Assembly (NCBI GenBank): GCA_016875995.1
Contig: VGOG01000003.1
Location: 7,650 to 71,649, forward strand
DNA length: 64,000 nucleotides
DNA from: Chloroflexota bacterium
Lineage (GTDB): Bacteria > Chloroflexota > Anaerolineae > VGOG01
Direction: 5' to 3'
Shown here: positions 49,852 through 58,459 of the stretch, piece by piece
How the letters are laid out: each line of letters opens with the position of its first letter
Numbering within the stretch: the first letter of the stretch is position 1
Translations under genes and position numbers: made by a program
The notes under the pieces: generated by a model
Seen by the model: the letters and a program-made list of their open reading frames with translations, nothing else
Database searches by the model: none
What the model was told of the DNA's origin: nothing

Positions 49852-51060
49852 CTATCCCAGCAGTAGATAAGGGTTCTCGATCAACTGCTTGATCCGTTGC
49901 AGAAAACGGGCCGCTGGCGCACCGTCTACCAGCCGGTGGTCGAAGGTCAGGCTAAGCCACATCGTTTGTCGCACACACAGTTCTCCCTCCACCACCGCTG
50001 GCCTGGCCTTGATGCGTCCCACCCCCAGGATCGCTGCCTCCGGCAGGTTGATGATGGGGGTGAAAGCATCAATCTCGTGCATCCCCAGATTAGTTATCGT
50101 GAAGGTGCTGCCACTCAGCTCATCTGGCAGGGCCTTGCCTGCCCGCGCGCTCTCTGCCAACCCTCTCACTTCACGGGCAATCTCAGCCACACCCTTGCGG
50201 TCGGCATTGCGGATGACTGGCGCCAGCAATCCGCGATCCGTGTCCACCGCCAGGGCAATGTGAATCTCGCGCAGATGGCGGACACACTCTCCATCCAGCC
50301 TGGCGTTCATGTAGGGAAACTGTCGCAGCGCGTGGGCAACCACTCTGATCAGCAGGTCGTTATAGCCGATGTCGAAACCCAGCTCCGATGCCAAAGCCGC
50401 CTTCAGTCGCTCGCGCAGCTCGACGAAGGCGGTGGCGTCAGCCTCGGTGGTCAGGGTGACCGGTGCAGTCGTCTGATGACTCTCGCCCATGCGCCGAGCG
50501 ATGACCGCTCGCACGCCAGTCAGGGGGACCTCAGCGATAGCCTCGACTGCTTCAGCCAGCGCTGGCGGAGCAGGAGGAGTTGGGGCCAAAGGCGGAGCCA
50601 GCACCAGGGTTTCCAGGTAGGTCACCACATCCCGCTCCACGATCCGGCCATCGGGACCGCTACTGGTCACCAGCGCCAGATCTACCCCCTTCTCCCGCGC
50701 CAATCTCCGCGCCCGTGGTGAGGCGAAGATCCGAGCGGGGGTGCTGGGGAGCGGGGGTGCGGAGGTGCTCTCCCTTGCTCCTCTGCCTCCCTGCTCCTCT
50801 GCTTCTTCCAGCGATTCGTCCATCGTGCTCGTGATAAGCCCCACCACCGTGAGGACCGGCACCATCTGGCCGGTAGGCACCACAATCTGGCGCAGAAAAC
50901 CCCGTGCCGGGGCCTCCACCTCCAGGGTGGCCTTGTCCGTTTCCACCATGAAGAGCACCTCGCCCCGTTCGACCGGATCTCCCTCCTTCTTGAGCCACTC
51001 GACGATAGTACCCTCGTTCATGGTCTCGCCCAACACGGGCAAAATAACTTCGGTAATCAT
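49852..51060 (-). CDS. 2-oxoacid dehydrogenase E2 (dihydrolipoamide acyltransferase)
   Basis: Lipoyl domain MITEVILPVLGETMNEGTIVEWLKKEGD...VETDKA, a PSBD, and a catalytic domain ending ...LSLTFDHRLVDGA. Start set at ATG 51058-51060. Confidence 0.9.
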   Translation of the reverse strand: MITEVILPVLGETMNEGTIVEWLKKEGDPVERGEVLFMVETDKATLEVEAPARGFLRQIVVPTGQMVPVLTVVGLITSTMDESLEEAEEQGGRGARESTSAPPLPSTPARIFASPRARRLAREKGVDLALVTSSGPDGRIVERDVVTYLETLVLAPPLAPTPPAPPALAEAVEAIAEVPLTGVRAVIARRMGESHQTTAPVTLTTEADATAFVELRERLKAALASELGFDIGYNDLLIRVVAHALRQFPYMNARLDGECVRHLREIHIALAVDTDRGLLAPVIRNADRKGVAEIAREVRGLAESARAGKALPDELSGSTFTITNLGMHEIDAFTPIINLPEAAILGVGRIKARPAVVEGELCVRQTMWLSLTFDHRLVDGAPAARFLQRIKQLIENPYLLLG

Positions 51061-51073
51061 CGTTCCTCCCTGA

Positions 51074-51137
51074 CTACGGAATACGCAATACGCAATACGC
51101 ACTACGTACTACGTATTCCGTATTGCGTATTCCGTAT
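51074..51137. repeat. stuttered palindromic element (GGAATACGCAATACG units and complement)
   Basis: ctacggaatacgcaatacgcaatacgcactacgtactacgtattccgtattgcgtattccgtat, between E1 and E2. Confidence 0.75.
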
Positions 51138-53230
51138 CACGCTAACGCCTTACGGATGCCGGCAATCACCGCGTTGACGTTCGGCACGGCGGCGTCTTCC
51201 AACGGCTCGCTCATGGGGACGGGCACGTCGGCGGCGCACACCCGCACCACCGGCGCGTCGAGCCAGTCGAACAGCTCCTCCTGGATGCACGTGGCCAGCT
51301 CGCTGATGAACGAGCCGGTCTTGTAGGCCTCGGTGACGCCCACCACGCGCCCGGTCTTTTTCACCGACCGGGCGATGGCCTCCATGTCCAGCGGCTTGAG
51401 CGTGCGCAGGTCAATCACTTCTACACTGATCCCCTCTTCGCCCAGTCGTTCGGCAGCCTCCAGCGCGCGGTGTACCATGCGCGAGTAGGTGATCACCGTC
51501 ACGTCGCTGCCTTCCCGCTTCACGTCGGCCACGCCGAAGGGGATGATGTAATCCTCCTCGGGCACGTAGCCCTCCACGCCGTAGAGCATCTTGTGCTCGA
51601 TGAACATGACCGGGTTATCGTCGCGGATGGCCGCCTTGAGCAGCCCCTTGGCGTCGAAGGGGGTGCTGGGCATGACGACGTAGATACCGGGGAAGTGCAC
51701 CCACAACACTTCGAGCGACTGCGAGTGGTGGGCGGCGATGCAGCGCCCGGCCCCGCCCTCGGTGCGGATGACCATCGGCACGACCGTCTTGCCGCCGAAC
51801 ATGTAGCGGTTCTTGGCTCCCTGGTTGGCAATCTGGTCCATGGCCAGCGGGGTGAAGTCCACGTACATGATCTCGGCCACGGGCCGCAGGCCGCACATCG
51901 CCGCCCCCACCGCCGCTCCGCCGATGGTGGCCTCGGAGATGGGCGTATCGCGCACGCGCTCTGGCCCAAATTCACTGAACAGGCCGCGCGTGGCCCCGTA
52001 GGCCCCGCCGTACAGGCCCACGTCCTCTCCCATCACGAACACGTTAGGGTCACGGTGCATCTCTTCGCGCAGGGCCTCCTGGATGGCCTGCCAGTAGCGG
52101 ATCTTGCGCGTGCCGGGGCCGCCCTTTCGGCAGCGCTCTCGTAGCTCCCGCTCGCGGGCCACGTCCGCCTCGGTCCACTTGAACGGCGCGTAGACGTAGA
52201 GTTCCAACTCCTCCACTGGCGGGGTGGGAGAGTTGAGGGCGAACTCAGTTGCCTGCTTGATCTCCTGCTCCACCTTCCTCTGAATCGCGTCTATCTCTTC
52301 GTGCGTGGCAATCCCTGCTTCGACCAAACGGGCGGCGAAGTTGGGGATGGGGTCGCGCTCCTTCCATGCGGCCTCTTCTTGCTTCGTGCGATACTCGCGC
52401 GGGTCGGAGCGGGAATGGCCGTACCAGCGGTAGGTCTGGCACTCGATCAGGGAAGGGCCTTCGCCACGGCGGGCGCGCTCTACAGCCTTGCCCACCGCCT
52501 GGCGGACGGCCAGCACGTCCATGCCGTCCACTACCTCGCCAGGGATGCCGTAGGCACAGGCCCGGTCAGCGATGTCCAGTTTGGCCGCGGCTTTCTGGAT
52601 GGGCACGGACATGCCGTACAGGTTGTTCTCCACGATGTAGATCACAGGCAAACTCCAGAGGGCCGCCATGTTGAGCGATTCATGGAAATTGCCGGTATTG
52701 GACGCGCCATCGCCGAAGAAGCAGAGCACCACCCCCCCCCGGCCCCCCCCGCTAGCAGGGGGGGAGGAGGTGGTGCGTAGCCGAAGGGCCAGCCCCGCGC
52801 CGGTGGCCACCGGAATGTTGCCGCCCACGATGCCGGTGGCCCCTAGATTCCCCTTCTCCACGTCGGCGATGTGCATGGAGCCGCCGCGCCCCAGGCAGTA
52901 GCCGGTGGCGCGACCGCACAGCTCGGCCATCATCTTGTTGTAGTGCTCCTGTCGCGCCTCCTCAGTCCTGGCCAGGGAAGCGCCCCGCGCGTGGCAGTGG
53001 CCGTGGCCGCGATGGGTACTGGTGATGAGATCGTCATCCCGCAGGGTAGAGATAGCCCCCACCGCCACCGCTTCCTCACCCGCGTAGAGGTGCGAGGCGC
53101 CCTTGATGAGGTTGCGCCCCAGTAAATCGTACACCGTCTCTTCGAACATGCGGACCTCCCACATCTGCCGCAGGAGCTCGAGGGCCTGTTCCTTGGTCAG
53201 TTCGTATGGTTTTAGTGGATTGTCAGACAT
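51137..53230 (-). CDS. 2-oxoacid dehydrogenase E1 component, fused alpha and beta subunits (TPP-dependent)
   Basis: 697 aa. The alpha part has YAGEEAVAVG...FFGDGASNTG...YRWYGHS. The beta part has ...MGEDVG.YGGAY.... Confidence 0.9.
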   Translation of the reverse strand: MSDNPLKPYELTKEQALELLRQMWEVRMFEETVYDLLGRNLIKGASHLYAGEEAVAVGAISTLRDDDLITSTHRGHGHCHARGASLARTEEARQEHYNKMMAELCGRATGYCLGRGGSMHIADVEKGNLGATGIVGGNIPVATGAGLALRLRTTSSPPASGGGRGGVVLCFFGDGASNTGNFHESLNMAALWSLPVIYIVENNLYGMSVPIQKAAAKLDIADRACAYGIPGEVVDGMDVLAVRQAVGKAVERARRGEGPSLIECQTYRWYGHSRSDPREYRTKQEEAAWKERDPIPNFAARLVEAGIATHEEIDAIQRKVEQEIKQATEFALNSPTPPVEELELYVYAPFKWTEADVARERELRERCRKGGPGTRKIRYWQAIQEALREEMHRDPNVFVMGEDVGLYGGAYGATRGLFSEFGPERVRDTPISEATIGGAAVGAAMCGLRPVAEIMYVDFTPLAMDQIANQGAKNRYMFGGKTVVPMVIRTEGGAGRCIAAHHSQSLEVLWVHFPGIYVVMPSTPFDAKGLLKAAIRDDNPVMFIEHKMLYGVEGYVPEEDYIIPFGVADVKREGSDVTVITYSRMVHRALEAAERLGEEGISVEVIDLRTLKPLDMEAIARSVKKTGRVVGVTEAYKTGSFISELATCIQEELFDWLDAPVVRVCAADVPVPMSEPLEDAAVPNVNAVIAGIRKALA
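52727..52775. repeat. GC-rich palindromic element inserted in-frame just before the TPP-binding FFGDG motif
   Basis: caccaccccccccccggccccccccgctagcagggggggaggaggtggtg encodes (minus strand) TTSSPPASGGGRGGVV. Confidence 0.75.
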
Positions 53231-53240
53231 TTTCTCTCCT

Positions 53241-53284
53241 GATAACAGGGATAAGTAGACAAGGGATAAGTAGACAAGGGGGGG
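53241..53284. repeat. stuttered repeat arm (GGGATAAGTAGACAAG units)
   Basis: gataacagggataagtagacaagggataagtagacaagggggggc. It is the inverted partner of 53745-53796. Confidence 0.75.
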
Positions 53285-53290
53285 CGTTGG

Positions 53291-53737
53291 CTATTTTTCG
53301 AGGGGGGTGGGGATTTCGTCAGGAGTTGGGATGTACTTGTCGCCGTAGGTGTCGCTACCGGTCCTTTGGCGGTGTACGTGGTTGATGTAACCGTTCAACG
53401 TGCGCTCTGCCTCTCGTCCCAACTGGTATAGCTCCTTATAGCGGACATCGGCAAGGTAGGCCAGGTCGTGTGCAGTAATGACGTGGTTGATCGTCTCGTT
53501 TAAGGAGCCGCGGGCGATGTAGAGAAAGCGCAGACGGTCCAGGTAGTGATAACGGCCATACCCCTCGGCGATGTTGGCCATGACGCTCTTGGACGAGCGA
53601 CGCATCTGCGGAGCCAGGTCGTAGCGTTCCTTGGCTGGCAGGCTATCGGCGACCTGGTGGCACCCGATCATCAACTGCCGCGCCAACTGCCACGCCTTCA
53701 GATCCTCAAACCCTCTCCCCGTCACCTGTTCTGCCAT
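53291..53737 (-). CDS. four-helix-bundle protein (23S rRNA intervening-sequence protein family, TIGR02436-like)
   Basis: FEDLKAWQLARQL...RYDLAPQMRRSSKSVMANIAEGYGRY...FLYIARGSLNET. Confidence 0.85.
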   Translation of the reverse strand: MAEQVTGRGFEDLKAWQLARQLMIGCHQVADSLPAKERYDLAPQMRRSSKSVMANIAEGYGRYHYLDRLRFLYIARGSLNETINHVITAHDLAYLADVRYKELYQLGREAERTLNGYINHVHRQRTGSDTYGDKYIPTPDEIPTPLEK

Positions 53738-53744
53738 TCTCTCT

Positions 53745-53796
53745 CCCCCCTTATCCCTTATCCCTTGTCTACTTGTCTACTTACCCCTTGTCAGGG
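53745..53796. repeat. stuttered repeat arm (CTTATCCCTTGTCTACTT units)
   Basis: ccccccttatcccttatcccttgtctacttgtctacttaccccttgtcaggg. Confidence 0.75.
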
Positions 53797-54990
53797 CCTC
53801 CTTTGCCACTGTGGTTCTTCCAGCAACAACCGATAACGGCTGCGCACCAGATCCGCCAAAGGCTCATTCTCTTGAATCGCACAGAGGCGATGTAGTATCC
53901 GGGTGAGCCCTTCCCGCGCCAATCTCGCCTGTAGTTCCATGGCGTAGGTGTCATCGGGGTTATCGTAGGCAAGGGCGGCGGCAATCCCCCAGCTAAGTCC
54001 TTCCGGCCGGATGCCGTGCTTTTCTGCCAGGCGGGCGGCGCCTACCAGCCGATCGCCAGGGGCCAGTTTGCGTAACGGGTCCCGGGCCAGGCGGCTGACA
54101 GGGTCGGCCAGGGCACGGTTGGCGAAACGCAGCAACAAGTAGCCTATGTGCTCCTGGAATGCCACGGGCTCAAAACCGTGTTCAGCGACGAGGGCGCGCC
54201 TGGCCTCATCGAGAGCCCGATCCAGCAGTGGCCGCACCCACGGGTCGTCCAACGCCTCATGACCAAACGCATAACCACGGCGATAGCCGAGGTAACCGAG
54301 CATGGCATGGGCAGTGTTGTGAATGTAGAGCTTCCGCTCCACGTAGGCGGTAAAAGGGGCTACCGGTTCCAGGCCGACGATGTGGGGAATGTCTCCTACG
54401 AAGGCCGCGCGGTCCACCGGCAGCACCTTGTACGGTTCGGCGACGATGAGCGTCAGGGCAGCGGCGCGCTGTTCAGGGGTTGGCACGGGCGACATACGGG
54501 CGATGACAGCAGGGACGAACCCCACCCGCTCCTGAACGTAGGGCTTCAATCCGTCTGGCAGAGCCTGGCGCACGTAGCCGCGCAACAGATTGGGCGCGTC
54601 GGGCAGATTTTCGCAGATGATAAGATTTAGAGGCGTGGTCTGGCCTGCTTCCCACCGCTGGGCCAGGCCGGCGGCGATGGGCCTGGCGATGGTGGCGAGC
54701 GCCCGCACGCCGACGGCCGTGGCCATCAGGCTCGCTCTGGCTACTGCGGTGGCCACCTGCGCGGTGTGCAGCCCATTGATGGCCCACACCGGGCCAATGG
54801 TCAGATCCTCCACCTTGTCCAGGCCAGCCAGACGGAGCGTGTAACTCCCCCGACGAGCCAGGCTCTCCACGAGGGGTTCGTCAATGTCTACAAAAACGAC
54901 CTCGTACCCCGACTCGCTAAAGAGCTGACCCAGGAACCCTCGCCCCACGCTGCCCGCGCCGAAGATGACGGCGGTGGAACCTTCCTGCAT
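53791..54990 (-). CDS. mtlD: mannitol-1-phosphate 5-dehydrogenase family protein
   Basis: AVIFGAGSVGRGFLGQL...LNLIICENL...ERVGFVPAVIARM...VERKLYIHNTAHA...DPLRKLAPGDRL. It can be aligned by eye to E. coli MtlD. Confidence 0.82.
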   Translation of the reverse strand: MQEGSTAVIFGAGSVGRGFLGQLFSESGYEVVFVDIDEPLVESLARRGSYTLRLAGLDKVEDLTIGPVWAINGLHTAQVATAVARASLMATAVGVRALATIARPIAAGLAQRWEAGQTTPLNLIICENLPDAPNLLRGYVRQALPDGLKPYVQERVGFVPAVIARMSPVPTPEQRAAALTLIVAEPYKVLPVDRAAFVGDIPHIVGLEPVAPFTAYVERKLYIHNTAHAMLGYLGYRRGYAFGHEALDDPWVRPLLDRALDEARRALVAEHGFEPVAFQEHIGYLLLRFANRALADPVSRLARDPLRKLAPGDRLVGAARLAEKHGIRPEGLSWGIAAALAYDNPDDTYAMELQARLAREGLTRILHRLCAIQENEPLADLVRSRYRLLLEEPQWQRRP

Positions 54991-55002
54991 AGGTTATACC
55001 CC

Positions 55003-56199
55003 TCATGGACTAGCTGGCCCCACCCAGATCTCGTAGAGGTCATCGAAGTGCCAACCAGGGGCATCGAGGCATAGTTCGTGGCGTGCCCAGCCGCACTCTA
55101 CGCGACGCCACGTCTCCTCCCAGGGGCGGACTCCGCTCAGTGCGTCGGCTGCCTCCACGTTGCAAGCACCCACGGCCACGGCTGCCGTCAGCGCATCTTG
55201 GGGAGACATGTCTCGCAGTAATGCGCTGAGGAAACCTGCTATCGTCGCATCGCCCGCGCCGGTGGTGCCCACCACGTCTACTTTGAAACAGGGGGACCAC
55301 AGTTCCTTGTTGGCCCAACTGGCCGAATCGGAAGGACGCGCCGCCCCCAGCGCTTCGATAGCCTCCCGGTGGGCTGTGCGTACATACAGTCCTCGGTCTC
55401 CTAGTTTGAACCCGACGATCTTGGCCCCGAGCTGCAGCAACTCGCGACTTAAGTCGGAAAGCAAAGACGGAGTGATAAGCGACAAGAAGCTACCCCCGCC
55501 CGCGGCCCGTGAAAGCTCCTCATACGTCTGTCGTCGGAGCATGTAGAGCGTCTCATCAATGCTGGGCAGAAAAATATCTACATAGGGGATCACGGCGTAG
55601 AGTACGGCGCTCCAGTCGGCGCGGCCGGCCGCTGAAGTCGGATCGGGGAGGGCCATATCCAACGAAGTGGTAACCCCCAGCTCTTTGACCCGTCGAAGGA
55701 TTTCCATTAACTGAGCGCCATTGCTCTCGAACATCCTCTTCATCAGCGGGGGATAACCGAAGTGAAACAGGGTTGCTTTGGCCACCACCTCGTAACGTAC
55801 GTCCTCGGCGCCAAAGGTGTCATTGGCTCCCGGACAATGGAGGAAGATGCGGTCCACACCGGGAGGGCTGATGATGATGGTGTAGGAAGTATCCGCTGCC
55901 TCGTCCACCACCATACCTTCCGCCAGATGGGGTCCAAACGAGGCCACGATTTCCCGAACGGCCTGCCCCAGCAGGTCATCTCCTACCTTGCCCATCAACT
56001 GAGTTGGTATGCCCAGCTTATGCAGCGACAGTCCCGTGTTAGATACCGGGCCGCCGGTTGAAAAGCTGACTGGCCCGACCTTCAACAGTTGCCCGGCCCG
56101 GAAGAGTGCTTCCCACTTCTCTCGGGCGCTCGCAGAGAGATCGGGTATCACGTCCAGGCAAATGTGTCCTGCCACAACCGCACAACGGTTTTCAGACAT
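55003..56199 (-). CDS. PfkB family carbohydrate kinase
   Basis: VVAGHICLDVIP...GGPVSNTGLSL...DVVGTTGAGDATIAGFL. Confidence 0.88.
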   Translation of the reverse strand: MSENRCAVVAGHICLDVIPDLSASAREKWEALFRAGQLLKVGPVSFSTGGPVSNTGLSLHKLGIPTQLMGKVGDDLLGQAVREIVASFGPHLAEGMVVDEAADTSYTIIISPPGVDRIFLHCPGANDTFGAEDVRYEVVAKATLFHFGYPPLMKRMFESNGAQLMEILRRVKELGVTTSLDMALPDPTSAAGRADWSAVLYAVIPYVDIFLPSIDETLYMLRRQTYEELSRAAGGGSFLSLITPSLLSDLSRELLQLGAKIVGFKLGDRGLYVRTAHREAIEALGAARPSDSASWANKELWSPCFKVDVVGTTGAGDATIAGFLSALLRDMSPQDALTAAVAVGACNVEAADALSGVRPWEETWRRVECGWARHELCLDAPGWHFDDLYEIWVGPASP

Positions 56200-56399
56200 C
56201 TGACAACTTCCTCTGTTTCGACAAGCTCAACACAAGTGGCTACGCGCCACTCCATAAGCCTGTCCCACGAGATAGCTGAGGATTAGGCGGGCATTTCTCC
56301 TTCCGGCTTCTTTTTTCACAAGAGCAAGGAGGACCGATACCGATCCTCCTGTATCACTGCCCTATAGATGAACGCAGACTTTCGACCTCTCCGTGCCCG

Positions 56400-57296
56400 C
56401 TATTTCCCAAAGGCCATACTGAGGCCGCTGGTGATGTAGTTACGGAAAACGAGAGCGAAGACTATGGGCGGTATGATGGCCAATACCACTGCTGTCGAAG
56501 CCAAAGCGTAACTCACATCATGGTTGATAGCCGCTGCACTAAGAACCACGGGCACTGTCTTGGAAGCCATGGTCTTGGTGAGCAGCACGGCGAAGAGGAA
56601 CTCGCTATAGGCATTCATGAAAGCAAAGGCTCCGGTAGCCGCTATTCCTGGAGCCACCACCGGGATAACCGCCTTGGTCAAGGCCTGAAACCGGGTGCAG
56701 CCATCCACCATGGCTGCATCTTCCAAATCCGGGGGCATGAAGTCGAAGTACTTGGTCATAAACCAGATGGTGAAGGGAAGGGTAAACGCCAGATAGACCA
56801 GGATCAAAGCCAGGTGGGTATCCAAAAGGCGCAATCTCTGTATGATGGCGAAGAAGGGTATGGCTACGGCTATAGCTGGGATCAAACGGCTGAGCATGAT
56901 GAAACTGAAAGAGGTATTTCGCCCCGTGAATTTCAATCTACTAAAGGCGTAAGCGGCCAGGACGCTGATAGCCACGTTGAGAAACATGGTGGCTACAGAC
57001 ACGATGAAGCTATTCTTGAGGGCAGGGATGGCCGCGAGAGCCTCCCCGGAAGCCTTATGGCCCATTTTTATTTGGCCAGGATCGTAATCATAAGCAGGTG
57101 GCGGTACTCGCGTGATGATGTACTTGTAGTTGTCCAGGGTGGGATTGTGGGGTATCCAGTGGGGCGGGATGGAGAAGAGCTCGTTGTCCAACTGGAAACT
57201 CGCGTCCACGATCCACAATATGGGACCGATCAGCCAGATGGCTAAAATAACGCTCATCACATACAGGAAAATCCGCTTCCCTATTGACATTCTCAT
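56400..57296 (-). CDS. carbohydrate ABC transporter permease (MalG-like)
   Basis: EAA-type loop ...DLEDAAMVDGCTRFQALTKAVIPVVAPG, with six TM segments. Confidence 0.92.
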   Translation of the reverse strand: MRMSIGKRIFLYVMSVILAIWLIGPILWIVDASFQLDNELFSIPPHWIPHNPTLDNYKYIITRVPPPAYDYDPGQIKMGHKASGEALAAIPALKNSFIVSVATMFLNVAISVLAAYAFSRLKFTGRNTSFSFIMLSRLIPAIAVAIPFFAIIQRLRLLDTHLALILVYLAFTLPFTIWFMTKYFDFMPPDLEDAAMVDGCTRFQALTKAVIPVVAPGIAATGAFAFMNAYSEFLFAVLLTKTMASKTVPVVLSAAAINHDVSYALASTAVVLAIIPPIVFALVFRNYITSGLSMAFGK

Positions 57297-57317
57297 AGCC
57301 GCAACTCCTTTTTCTAC

Positions 57318-58220
57318 CTACTGGTAGATTTCTTCGCTACGCAGAGCCCAGAAGTAGAACACTGCCATCACCAGAGTGAGAAGGGCTATGATGAAAGCCA
57401 ACGCCGCCCCTCTTCCCAGGTTCAGATGGGTGAAGATCTCGGTATAGGTGTACCAAGCAAGAAGCATGGTGGCATCGGCTGGGCCTCCACCGGTCATCAC
57501 ATACACCAGGTCGAAGGTGACGAAGCCGATCAAGGTCTCCAGGATCAAGAGCACGGTCAAAGTTGGCCTCAGGAAGGGAAAGGTCACATACCGGAAGACA
57601 GCCCAGACCCCTCCCCCATCAATCTTGGCTGCGTCGTAAAGTTCGTGAGGTATGACCTGGAGGGTGGCCAAAAGCAGTATGGTCGCCAGGGGAACATCCT
57701 TCCATAGGCGAGCCACGGTCAAGGCCATCTTGGCTGTCATTGGGTTGCCAAAGAAGGAGTAGTATTTGTCTATGATACCTAAGGAGTAGAGAAGCCCGTT
57801 GATCACCCCTACGTTTCCGGCAAACATCCAGCGCCAGATGATCCCGGCCATGACCACCGGGATGGCCCAGGGGATGAGGATGAGAACTTGCAGCACCCTG
57901 GCCCCAAGGAACTTCTCATTCAGTAACAAGGCGATCAATATCCCCAGAATAACATCACCCACCACGATCACGGCGGTAAATTGCGCTGTCGTTTTGAAGG
58001 ACCGAATAAGGCCGGGGTTCTTCAAGACATCAACGAAGTTCTTTGGGCCGGTGAAGGGGTGCTTGCCGGGAGCGGTGAGAACGTTCTTATGCAAAGCCAG
58101 GTCCAGGTTGTACAAGACCGGGTATACAGTGAATAGGACAATGATCAAAATGGCGGGGAGAATGGAGAGATAAGCGTAGATGTGTCTTCTTCTCGCTGCA
58201 GAGTAAGCACTTGCTTTCAA
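57318..58220 (-). CDS. carbohydrate ABC transporter permease (MalF-like)
   Basis: ...ELYDAAKIDGGGVWAVFRYVTFPFLRP, with six TM segments. Confidence 0.92.
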   Translation of the reverse strand: MKASAYSAARRRHIYAYLSILPAILIIVLFTVYPVLYNLDLALHKNVLTAPGKHPFTGPKNFVDVLKNPGLIRSFKTTAQFTAVIVVGDVILGILIALLLNEKFLGARVLQVLILIPWAIPVVMAGIIWRWMFAGNVGVINGLLYSLGIIDKYYSFFGNPMTAKMALTVARLWKDVPLATILLLATLQVIPHELYDAAKIDGGGVWAVFRYVTFPFLRPTLTVLLILETLIGFVTFDLVYVMTGGGPADATMLLAWYTYTEIFTHLNLGRGAALAFIIALLTLVMAVFYFWALRSEEIYQ

Positions 58221-58459
58221 TGCTATCTCCTCTCTTTCTCAATAGCTATCGTGACTACTCAGGCTGTCATTGTGAGGAGGCGGTTCCTTCGACTGTGCTC
58301 AGGACAAGTTTTGCCGACGAAGCAATCTCCAAGCCACGAGCAGGAGATTGCTTCGCAAAAACCGCTCACAATGACAACCGTGCATGAACCTTCATCCTTT
58401 GGCTCCAGGGAGGCCGGCGGTGCCGGCCTCCCTGGCGGCACTAGGCTTGGGTAGAGGGT

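Noticed and set aside
56326-56350. Hairpin aaggaggaccgataccgatcctcct as the terminator of the sugar ABC operon
   Set aside because: On the transcribed minus strand the stem is followed by an A-rich tract, not a U-rich one, so it is not a canonical intrinsic terminator.
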